Shown: positions 44,169-54,800 of the stretch, one piece after another
Layout: the number at the start of each line of letters is the position of its first letter
Numbering within the stretch: position 1 is the stretch's first letter
Assembly: GCA_951406725.2 (NCBI GenBank)
Contig: OX597840.1
Span: 2,170,001-2,234,000, forward strand
Length of the DNA: 64,000 nucleotides
From: Octopus vulgaris
Lineage: Eukaryota
Direction: 5' to 3'
Notes under the pieces: model-generated
Database searches by the model: none
Seen by the model: the letters and a program-made list of their open reading frames with translations, nothing else
Told to the model about the DNA's origin: nothing
Translations under genes and position numbers: made by a program

Positions 44169-44526
44169 ATATATATATATTCCCGTGGCATGTTGAGTTC
44201 CTGAGGAATAAACTTTGTTTCACTTTGCACCAGTTCTCTCAGCGGGTAGAAATAAATGGTACCAGTAATTCAAAGGAGTTGCTTTGTGCCGTTTCATTTC
44301 GCCGAAACTCCTTAAGAACCACGTTAATGACACCCGTTTTTATGGATTACTCGGCCATTTGTAAGTTAATATACGAGTATGCTGTTCTGTTGATCAGACC
44401 AAATGGGACGTTCGTCGTCGTAAACGACGGAGTACCAGTGAAACTAAATATATATGTTTTGTACTCCTGGGTTTTTAGCGTATCTATTATATAATGTACA
44501 GACACATCTCAAAAATAATTGCTCAT

Positions 44527-44935
44527 TTACTCATTTACTTGTTCCAGTCATTTGTATGTGGCCATGCTGGAGCACCGCCTTTAGTCGAGCAAATCGACCC
44601 CAGGACTTATTCTTTGTAAGCCTAGTACTTATTCTATCGGTCTCTTTTGCTGAACCGCTAAGTTACGGGCACTTAAACGCACTAGCATCGGTTGTCAAGT
44701 GATGTTGAGGGAGGAGGTTAAACACAACACACAAACATACACATATATATATATATATTTATACATATATACGACGGGCTTCTTTCAGTTTCCGTCTACC
44801 AAATCCACTCACAAGGCTTTGGTCGGCCCGAGGCTATAGTAGAAGACACTTGCCCAAGGTGCCACACAGTGGGACTGATCCGGAACCATGTGGTTCATAA
44901 GCAAGCTACTTACCACACAACCACTCCTACGCCTA
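44527..44935 (-). mobile_element. SINE family A
   Basis: Head, body and tail motifs present. Confidence 0.9.
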
Positions 44936-45579
44936 TTTTAGACACTGTAATTAATTATAAGTATATTCTAGTTTATCTGGGTTTATTGTCCTCCAATTGT
45001 CAATCCTTTATTCTTATAAAAAACTGATTCACATGTGGGGATGCGAATGAATATATTAGAAGTGTGTGTTTATGTATATATTAGAAGTATATGCTTGTAT
45101 ATATATTCAAACACGTATGCATAATGCATGTCTAATTTCTTAAGTTACTGCATATATAGTTTCATACGTAGGTTGCTTACTGTGTTCAAGAATGTGTGGC
45201 ATTCGGTGGTAGATACGTGTATGTGTGAGTATAACAGTGTTGTGTTTATGAGAATGTAAGTGTAGTTTAGTAATAGATATATATTTAAATATATGTGGGT
45301 GGACATAAGTATTATACATATGTGCGTATATAGTAGGTTGCGTGTATAGATATGTGTGTATATATAGGTATGTGTGTATATATATATATATATTTATATA
45401 AATATGACTTCAGTTTTCCTCTCACACCGTCTCCAATGAAGGGATATCATTAATTAATATCCTAGAAACAGCTGTAAGACCTTCTATCTATAAATGCTCT
45501 AATATCTATACAGCCTTTTTTTTAAATCTCATTGCGCAAAAATTCATATATTTATATTTATATATATGTATATATCTCT

Positions 45580-45962
45580 TTTTTCTTTTACTCTTTTACT
45601 TGTTTCAGTCATTTGACTGCGGCCATGCTGGAGCACCGCCTTTACTCGAGCAACTCGACCCCGGGACTTATTCTTTGTAAGCCCAGTACTTATTCTATCG
45701 GTCTCTTTTTGCCGAACCGCTAAGTGACGGGGACATAAACACACCAGCATCGGTCATCAAGCAATGCTAGGGGGACAAACACAGACACACCAACATACAC
45801 ACACATACATATATATATACACATATCCGACAGGCTTCTTTCAAGGCATTGGTTGGCCCGAGGCTATAGCAGAAAACACTTGCCCAAGATGACACGCAGT
45901 GGGACTGAACCCGGAACCATGTGGTTCGTAAGCAAGCTACTTACCACACAGCCACACCTGCG

Positions 45963-45964
<2 letters not shown>
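45580..45964 (-). mobile_element. SINE family A
   Basis: Head, body and tail motifs with a small internal deletion. Confidence 0.9.
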
Positions 45965-46019
<55 letters not shown>

Positions 46020-46132
46020 GCATTATTATACATACATGCCACACGCTAAGAGGGACAAAATTAGTCATTTCTACCAAAAATTTTACTAATCCCACCGAAT
46101 GCAATTTTTCAAAGTAAGACATTTAAAATATG

Positions 46133-46179
46133 GACTTGTATCACCTGTGATTTCATACCTCTGTATTCATCAGCAAGTC
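46133..46179 (-). ncRNA. Type I hammerhead ribozyme, canonical core
   Basis: GACUUG CUGAUGA AUAC agag GUAU GAAA UCA cagg UGA UA^ CAAGUC. All three stems pair; stem I extends past an internal loop (46121-46195). Confidence 0.93.
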
Positions 46180-46591
46180 TGGACGTATTATAAATAAACG
46201 ACCCTACATCGTCAAAGCCGGGCAGCCAACTGATCAACATCAACGACGCACATGGGTTAGTTTACATATATTACATCCGGTAAATGGCAAACTTTTACGA
46301 ATTGCATTTCGGGAAAGGAAAAGTTTTTTCGGAATAAAAATTTAGCAATTAAGGACAACTTCTTAATAAGGAAAACTTAACAAGAAATTATCGGGTAGAT
46401 AGCGTGAAAAACCTCATAAGAGAAAAAATTTCGAAAATAATTCTTTCTTATTGAACATATTAAATATATATATAGAGGGCATTATTATACATACATGCCA
46501 CACGCTAAGAGGGACAAAATTAGTCATTTCTACCAAAAATTTTACTAATCCCACCGAATGCAATTTTTCAAAGTAAGACATTTAAAATATG

Positions 46592-46638
46592 GACTTGTAT
46601 CACCTGTGATTTCATACCTCTGTATTCATCAGCAAGTC
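46592..46638 (-). ncRNA. Type I hammerhead ribozyme, identical second copy
   Basis: Same sequence as 46133-46179, offset by 459 nt. Confidence 0.93.
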
Positions 46639-46937
46639 TGGACGTATTATAAATAAACGACCCTACATCGTCAAAGCCGGGCAGCCAACTGATCAACATC
46701 AACGACGCACATGGGTTAGTTTACATATATTACATCAGGTAAATTTTTGGTAGAAATGACTAATTTTGTCCCTCTTAGCGTGTGGCATGTATGTATAATA
46801 ATGCCCTCTATATATAAATTAATATGTTCAATAAGAAAGAATTATTTTCGAAATTTTTTTCTCTTATGAGGTTTTTCACGCTATCTACCCGATAATTTCT
46901 TGTTAAGTTTTCCTTATTAAGAAATTGTCCTTAATTG

Positions 46938-46986
<49 letters not shown>

Positions 46987-46991
46987 TATAT

Positions 46992-47142
46992 AAATAATAT
47001 GGGTGAAATGTTAAATATTAATCTGATTAATATCAATTTAAATCCAGTGGCCTAGCATATTGAAAATTCAGAAAAATTATATTACATACATAGAATGATG
47101 ACCACTAAGTGGAGATCTATTATGCTAGAGTTACCATCAAAA
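46992..47142 (-). mobile_element. Structured (TA)n-anchored repeat, probable PLE 3' end, copy 1
   Basis: Shares attaatatcaatt-aaa-ccagtggcctagcat...gaccacta-agtgga...tatgctaga with 47731-47855. Confidence 0.55.
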
Positions 47143-47467
47143 GAACGGTATGCTCGTGAAATTAATGTGCAAGTCCTCGGGGAAATTCAGCGTGACACTG
47201 AACGTAACAAGGCTCTTTGAAATACTGATACTAGTAATTTTTTGCCAGCTAGATGGACTGGAGCAACATGAAATAAAGTGTCTTGCTCAAGGACACTATG
47301 TACCGCCGGCAATTGATCTCACGTCCTTACGATCATGAGTGAAATACCCTAACCACTAAACTACGAGGTTTCACACACACACTCACACACACACATATAC
47401 ACACACACACACACATACACACACACACATACACACACACATAAATGTATGAATATATATATATATG

Positions 47468-47622
47468 CATGGGGCTGGCCAGATCGGAGCAATCTCAAGA
47501 TTAATCAGTCGAAATTGCGAGGATGATCCGGTTCTTGACTGAAGATTAGAGGCTTTGAATGACCCGTCCGTATATTTTGTATTGTCTATTTGAATGTTTT
47601 GCGTTCTTGTCCCATTTTGTAT
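47468..47622 (+). repeat. (TA)n-anchored T-rich repeat fragment, possible PLE 3' tail
   Basis: Ends gtcccattttgtat plus (TA)n; organised like 345-506. Confidence 0.35.
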
Positions 47623-47690
47623 TATATATATATATATATATGTATACAGATATATATATATGTATATATGTATATATACACACACACACA

Positions 47691-47730
<40 letters not shown>

Positions 47731-47737
<7 letters not shown>

Positions 47738-47855
47738 TGAATAAGGGTAGAAATTGATATTAATCAATTAAAACCAGTGGCCTAACATTACAAAATTTAA
47801 AGGACTGACCACTAAAAGTGGATAGTCAATATGCTAGATATAGACGTCAAAATCG
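47731..47855 (-). mobile_element. Structured (TA)n-anchored repeat, probable PLE 3' end, copy 2
   Basis: Diverged homolog of 46992-47142 with the pairings retained. Confidence 0.55.
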
Positions 47856-47905
47856 CTATTTTCCACGAAGAAGGTGTTCTCAAGAAAACATTCTCAAGAA
47901 AACAT

Positions 47906-47968
<63 letters not shown>

Positions 47969-48921
47969 TGCAATGTCAGTGATTACTTTTGAGATGTCTG
48001 TCTACCTATATGCATGCATACATATATGTGTGTGTGAGTGTGTGTGTGTGCGTGTACGTGTGTGTCTGTGTGAGAGAGTGTTGTCACACATAAGCAGAAA
48101 AATTCTGCGAAAGCACCTGTCAATGCCACAGAGTAAAAATCGAAATACTCTGACTCCGTGCGACAATACGGATTGAAAGAACTTTCGAACTATTCTAAGC
48201 TGGCTTCATTCGCAACAACAGACACGTGTGCTTTACAAATCATTCTATGAAACGGAAGGGAAGAACTATAAAAACATACGATGCATTAGGAGGTAAAGCC
48301 TATGTAATATATAGAAATATAGAGGTGGTACTTCAGTATTGAAAGGTCATTTGAAGCAACATTTTATCACTAAATTCTTACACAATTCCTTGTAATAAAG
48401 AAGCTACATATTGCCCTTCAGATGAGGACCCTCAAGCGGATATAATAAAAGAAGTAATAGAATTCGGTAAATAATAAAAAAAATGGATATGTTTTAAAAG
48501 TTATATAATAGATGTTGTCATTTATGAAATAGCAAATGTTCGTAGAGAACCTGAAGTTGATTGTGGCCTACGCGTAATATTCAATATATTATGGAAACTG
48601 AAATGCCTCAAGAAATATTCTTTCGTTTACCATTTTCCTCTTTTATTCATTAGATTTTGGCCATGCTTAGGCACCACTTTGAACAGGTTAGTCGAATAGC
48701 TAAGCCTATTTCTTATTCTTGCAGTCTCCTTTGCCGAACTATAACTCACAAGGAGGTAAAAAAAACCCAACACCAATTGTCAAGCGGTGTGACAGGGAAA
48801 AACCTCAACGCAAATACATAGTCATACACAGACACACACACAATACATAGTCATACACACACACACACATACACACACACACACACCTACATATAGGTTT
48901 ACCCTAACCACTCATAATGTC

Positions 48922-49220
48922 GAGGCACGTGTCCTAGTGGTCAGAGCAGCGGACTTGCGGTCAAAAGATCGCGGGTTTGAATCTCAGACCGGGCGATGTG
49001 TGTGTTTATGAGCGAAACACCTAAGCTCCACTCGGCTCCGGCAGAAGGTAATGGCGAACTTCTGCTGACACTTTCGCCACAACTTTCTCTCACTCTTTCC
49101 TCCTGCATCTTGCAGCTCATCTGCGACGGACCGGCGTCCCGTCCATGTGGGGGACCTATACGCCAAGGAAACCGGATAACCGGCCCTTATGAGCCAGGCA
49201 TGGCTCGAGTAGGAACAAAC
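48922..49220 (+). mobile_element. SINE family C, tail variant 1
   Basis: tRNA-like head; reverse-complement homolog of 52605-52905; ends GGAACAAAC. Confidence 0.87.
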
Positions 49221-49489
49221 ATAAACACTCATAAGAATTTTTGTTGGCTTGGGATTATAAGAGAAAGCGCTTGCCCAAGGTTTCACGTAATGGAACTGAA
49301 CGTGGATCCATGTTGCTGAGAAGCAACCTGCTTATCATACGGCCACGCTTGGGCCTATCCATCTCTATCCTGAGAGTTCTAGTATGTTAAAGGGTATAAA
49401 ATAAATGACCCTAAACATGTAGAGTGGCTTTTGTTTCATCAGTGCCAGAAAATTTATGATTTGTAATTTTGCTTCCAAAATTCTTTGTG

Positions 49490-50872
49490 CGAACTTGAGT
49501 GTCGAACAATTCTTGTTTATTGGGAGGGTCAAGGGAAGAAAAACGTCTCTGGAAACGATGCGGAATCTTTAAGATCTGCTACGAGCGTCAGCCACGGAAA
49601 CACGGAGAAAATGCATCAATTGTGTTTGAGAATCATCGGAGAACAATCAACGTCGTTTTGAAGCGTTTGAGGGAGCACATTCGGCGAAAACGGGTTTGTG
49701 GAGCGCGTTTTTGGAGCGGGTTTTTGGAGCGGGCTTTTGGGGCGGGTCTGTGGAACGCGAAAAACTGGATTCATCCCGACGATAAAGCACCGTCACCGTT
49801 CTATCCTCCTTCTTTCCTCCGTCCAAAACAACACGATACCGCTTCAGCACCCACCCTATTTATCAGATTTCGCCCCTGCGGAATTCTATTTCTTCCTCCA
49901 AATGAAAATGCAACTCGAAGGTCTATCTTTTAACACCGTTGTCGACATCAAGAACAAATCACAGCAGTTCTTCGACTTGCTTACCGGAAACGACGTTCAG
50001 GCCGGTAACCAAGAATGTGTATTGCTGTGCAACGTGACTATTTCGAAGGAGATGTTGATAAAACTTACGTAAATAAGCTTTTTTTAAAAAAAACATAACT
50101 ATTCCAGGAACTTCTCCATTGGTGAGCCTCGCTGTCCATGGACTCCGTAAAATCTTCTCCAACACCAAAGCTCGAATGCATTAATTCTCTTCTGGTCAGC
50201 TTTCTTTAGTGTCCAGGTCTCGCATCCATATGTTGCTATTGGGAAGACAATTGCATTCACCAATCTGCATCTGGTAGCGAGTCTGATGTCTCTACTCTTC
50301 CAGACTCTGCTCATGCTGACCATTGCCTCTCTGCCTAGTACTATCCGCCGTCTTATTCGATGGACAGCAAGACTCACCAATGGAGAAGTTCTTAAGCAGA
50401 TAGGGCCGAAAATGTCGCTAGAAGCTGGGATCACCAAGCGTAGATTGGCATATTTTGGTCATATTATGCGGAGAAAATCCCTGGAGAAGGACATCATGCT
50501 CGGAATGGTCAGTGGCAAGAGAGGAAGAGGCCGACCAATGGAGAAGTTCTTAAGCAGATGAGGCCGAAAATGTCGCTAGAAGCTAGGATCACCAAGCATA
50601 GATTGGCATATTTCGGTCACGTTATGCGGAGAGAATCCCTGGAGAAGGACATCATGCATGGAATGGTCAGTGGCAAGAGATGAAGAGGCCGACCAAGAAC
50701 CCGCTGGCTTGACACCATCAGGAGTGATACCGGAATGGACATGGCCAGTCTGAAGGAAGCGGCCCAGGATAAAACTGACTGGAGGACACTGATCCAACGA
50801 GTGACCGAGAGTCGACTTCGACTGAGCGGATAGAGAGAGAGATTTCAGGAACATTTTGATACCACCACCTTG
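49490..50872 (+). mobile_element. Decayed mariner 3' half whose right TIR is split by an RTE insertion
   Basis: ORF 49698-50072 has PLQHPPYLSDFAPAEFYFFLQMKMQLEG. TIR remainder gaacattttgataccaccaccttg|TA at 50849-50874. Confidence 0.85.
50112..50841 (+). mobile_element. RTE (BovB-like) LINE 3' fragment with 5' inversion, internal 158-bp duplication, (GA)n tail and 11-bp TSD
   Basis: Minus 50112-~50345: RLVNAIVFPIATYGCETWTLKKADQKRINAFELWCWRR. Plus: WTARLTNGEVL...LAYFGHIMRRKSLEKDIMLG...RGRP, then RWLDTI...WRTLIQRVTESRLRLSG*. TSD attccaggaac / atttcaggaac. Confidence 0.93.
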
Positions 50873-51296
50873 TATATTTATTGTCACACACATCATTGAA
50901 AGAACTAAATCTTAAAGTTCACTATATTTATCGACATCCATATCAATATGCTTGTGTGTTTGCGTTACGAGTGCATGCTTGATTAATAGGGAAGTGATAA
51001 TGTGATATCCAAACAAGCACTTAATTTAGGATTTGCGGTCCTTCATAATCTGTAATAATATTTAATTATCACTTAATTATTATGCGTTAACGGCAAAGCA
51101 CGGATGGAAGCTGTCATCACAATAATAAACATGTCATAATTATTGTCTCATGCATGGTGGCTTGATTAACAATGTCGCGTATTTATCACGTGGTTTTTGG
51201 TTCAGTCACACATTGCGGAACATTTCTTTAATATAGCTCCGAGAAGAATAATGATCTTTGACTCAAAATGCCAGACGAACACCGCGTGGAAGCTTA

Positions 51297-51339
<43 letters not shown>

Positions 51340-51356
51340 CATATAGATATGCATAA

Positions 51357-51399
<43 letters not shown>

Positions 51400-51499
51400 G
51401 AGAGAGATTCAGTTGAATATGGTACTTAAGTTAAAGGCACCAGAATTTGGTATGGTACTATCCATATAATTAAAAATGGGGTGATTATACGCGCACACA

Positions 51500-51584
<85 letters not shown>

Positions 51585-51585
<1 letters not shown>

Positions 51586-51785
51586 ACGGGAAGCTTTATG
51601 AAAATAAACAAAAGACGAAGGCTGGTGGAATACAAACAAACAAATGTATTAGTATGGCGCTCAGGAATATAAATAAAACAAGTCTTTTACGTTTCGAGCC
51701 TACGCTCTTCAACAGAAAGATACACAGAAAAGAAACACGGAAAGAAACAAGGAGAGAAAAAAAATGCGTGCAGAAGCTAGCGAAT

Positions 51786-51787
<2 letters not shown>
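51585..51787 (-). mobile_element. Penelope-like pLTR fragment, family P1
   Basis: Lies between (TA)n tracts; homologous to 127-316 and 2696-2896. Confidence 0.75.
51683..51720 (-). ncRNA. Minimal type I hammerhead with A6U core variant
   Basis: UCUUU CUGUUGA A GAGC guag GCUC GAAA CG UA^ AAAGA. Perfect stems I and II; palindromic ACGU in place of stem III. Confidence 0.72.
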
Positions 51788-51863
<76 letters not shown>

Positions 51864-52604
51864 GTGTGTGTGTGTTTGTAATATATGAAATCCATCAATT
51901 CATTTAGATATTTAAATATCCAAAGTAGACAATGTATATAACTTCCAATAATCTAAGAATTCAAAGTATAGCACTCCATTTTCAAATTCGATACGATACA
52001 AGTTTATTTGTTCGTCCTGGACATTTTAACAAAAATCTTGATTTCCTTTGAAATCTCAGTTCTTACTTAGAGTTTAGGTTTCAGTATAAAGAATTCTAAG
52101 TTGTTGAGTGAGGGGAATTAATAACGTATTTATTTCCGTTACACGACATGGTCATCCCACCAACATTCCATTATTGATCCTATTGATGTTCCTGTGTTTT
52201 ACCACAAAACCTAGATTGATAAAGAAACAGCATTTCTTCCAACCGATTTCGAAATGTGCAATTACGTATTTGATACCTAATCTTGTACAAACTTGTTATT
52301 AAACCCAATCAATATCTGAATCGTCACAGACATTCTAATTTTACATCTATATATTTTATTGCTAACTAATTAGTTCCTATCAAAAGAGTAATACCGTTTA
52401 TGAATGCCGTAACAATCATCAATATTGCTATAATTACAATTAATTGTATAATTATCATTCACTAATTTATGTATTTTTGAACAAAAGTTATTTGTGCACG
52501 ATTGGATTTTGTACAGGAATGTACTTTTACGTCTTTTCCTTTAAAGCGAATATACTACCAATGATCTTAGGTAAATTCTTACCAACTAATGTACTTAAGA
52601 TACG

Positions 52605-52905
52605 TTTTGTTGTTGATTGTTCCTTCTCGCGCCATGCCTGGCTCATAAGGCCCGGTTTTCCGGTTTCCTTAGGGTATAGGTTCCCCACCTGGACGGGACG
52701 CCGGTCCATCGCAGGTGAGCTGCAAGATGCAGGAGGAAAGAGTGAGAGAAAGTTGTGACGAAAGAGTCAGCAGAAGTTTCGCCATTACCTTCTGCCGGAG
52801 CCACGTGGAGATTAGATGTTTCGCACATCGTCCGCTCTAAGATTCGACCCCTCGATCCCCCGACCGCGAGTCCGCTGCTCTAACCACTAGGCCATGTGCC
52901 TCCAC
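52605..52905 (-). mobile_element. SINE family C, tail variant 1
   Basis: Homolog of 48922-49220 with an (AAC)-rich tail. Confidence 0.87.
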
Positions 52906-52964
52906 TAAGATAAGTTTTAAGAAAGAGGCGATGTCTTTCGCGTCTTAGATACGAACTGATATGA

Positions 52965-53591
52965 TTGCCGCTACCTGTGTTCAACGGGGGTTCCAACTGG
53001 GCCGGGACGCAGCCGGGGTCGAGCGTTGCATAGGTGCTGCCGGATCCGCATTTGTGCGCCTCCGGCGGTGCCTGTGGGGCACAAGAGAGATCTCCTCGTT
53101 TACCAAAGGACGAATCTGCCAGGCCGTCGTTCGTACTACCCGCCTCTATGGTTCTGAAACATGGCCTATGAGGGTAGTCGATCAGCGAAGGCTGGAGGTG
53201 TTCGATAATGACTGTCTCCGCCGCATCCTTCGCTGCCGGTCTTCGTCATCGCCTGAATGTTCGGCCCCTCCCTTCGGTGCTTCTACAACGACGCTTAAGG
53301 TGGTTCGGTCATGCGGTCCGGTGTCCAGAAGGTGAGCCGATTCGTGATGTTCTCCCACCTCCACTTCCCAGGTGGCGCAAACGCACGAGCGAGCAGCTGC
53401 AGACCTGGGCAATGACAATAAAGGGCGGCCTCTCCGAACTCGCAGATGGAACTGCGAATGGCTCGCTATCTCCAGTGACCTCGCACAGGACCGTCAAACA
53501 TGGGCCGCTATGGTTCGTGATGCCGTCAGGACCAGAGAAGAAGCCGGCTCAACCCAACCTGGGTGAACCCCTTCACAAGTACAAGTAAGTA
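52965..53591 (+). mobile_element. RTE-clade LINE 3' fragment, second family, frameshifted, (CAAGTA)n tail
   Basis: IGAAGSAFVRLRRCLW...TKGRICQAVVRTTRLYGSETWPMR..DQRRLEVFDNDCLRRIL; LLQRRLRWFGHAVR; LAQDRQTWAAMVRD; ends caagtacaagtaagt. Confidence 0.92.
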
Positions 53592-53769
53592 CTGCCTCGA
53601 TTTCTGCTCATACGTCTGTTTGTAATAATTTATAAGTTTGCCAAGAAGTCATTATAAGCCAATGTGCTTTATATTCCGTTCATTAATCTTTAAGAATTCA
53701 CATAATTGTCGATAAAAGTGATAAACATAATGAAATATTTCTGCCTAAAATATTAGTGACGTTAATAGG

Positions 53770-54800
53770 GCGGTTGAAATATATGTGCATATAATTTAGA
53801 ACATCACTTAAATTATGAAATATTCCAATAGGAAAAATACAGTTCCCTCCAAGCAATTTACATGATATTTATACTTCCGAAGTGATCCAGATTCTATCAC
53901 TTTTGAATGAGATTGTTCCTTAACTAACCCTAGTACACATCGGCTCCTAAGTTTGATTCCGCCTTCCTTGTACACAACAGCCGTAAATTTATAACCATCT
54001 TTCAAGTACACATCGTCTCCAAAATTTCACATGACCTCCCCAGTACACATCTAGTAATTCACTAAATTTAAACAGTATAAACAGACCGCTATTCTCATTG
54101 ACCTGAATGGTATAAGGTTCCCCCTTACTCGCATCAAATAAGCTTTTAGCAAATGTTTTATCCAAATGGCATCCACAAAATTTATCACTGATTTTGGAGC
54201 AGGAATAATCAGACCTCTATCGAAAATGCTTAATCTCTGCCATTGTTTCATCAAAATAAATAGCTTTAAGTAGTAACCGTAATGTTATATAAAATTGGAT
54301 TAAATTGGATTGATATCAATTAGTATAAATGGCTTTAACAATAGCAACTGTAATACAATAAATGTATAATAATTATTATTATCACCTTGTTTAAAAACTT
54401 ATCGGAGATGCTCGGAATCCAATAAATCATAACAAAGTAATTATTCTACTAAACTAAAGGAGCCTCTTCTCTAATCCCGACTTAATATAATATCTAATAT
54501 TATCGTAGTAAGTCGGCCTATATCCGACATGGCAGGCTAATCAGTCTAATAGATGGGTTATTAACAAAATCAGGTTTGTGATCCTTAAGTGTAAAATGAT
54601 GTATTTCGGACCGCTGTGATTCCCTGGGTTCCGGGACACGAATTTCTGAAGTTGTACCGAATTCTAAATTAATGATATCAATTACCCCATTTTGACCTGT
54701 CTTACGGTAAGCCTTACTGCTTCCATTAAATAAAAATCACTTGTCAGGCTTCCCCTTGGCCTTTTACTAATTATTAACCAAGTTAACATGGAAAATCTGA
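53770..54800 (-). pseudogene. Heavily decayed Penelope-like element (RT N-terminal motifs; possible GIY-YIG remnant)
   Basis: Hand translation of 54596-54480 with one frameshift: FTLKDHKPDFVNNPSIRLIS/AMSDIGRLTTIILDIIL, matching the LKDHK.NF.NNP..RLINP.KS.IG motif of aquatic-invertebrate PLE RTs. Weak C..VYK...SLRKYKY signal near 53850-54020. Confidence 0.7.

Larger units (their letters stand above)
46017..46940 (-). mobile_element. Non-coding hammerhead-bearing retroelement (retrozyme / non-autonomous PLE): 459-bp unit, partial tandem copy and 200-bp inverted segment
   Basis: 46017-46284 is repeated at +459. 46741-46940 is the reverse complement of 46343-46542. Both flanks are (TA)n; no ORF of 60 aa or more. 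Confidence 0.88.

Noticed and set aside
47505-47570. GAAA and CUGAAGA motifs as a type II or type I hammerhead
   Set aside because: Stem II cannot be closed convincingly in either arrangement.
48922-48995. tRNA genes at SINE heads
   Set aside because: A/B-box-like motifs are present but they run on into SINE bodies with no complete cloverleaf or terminator.
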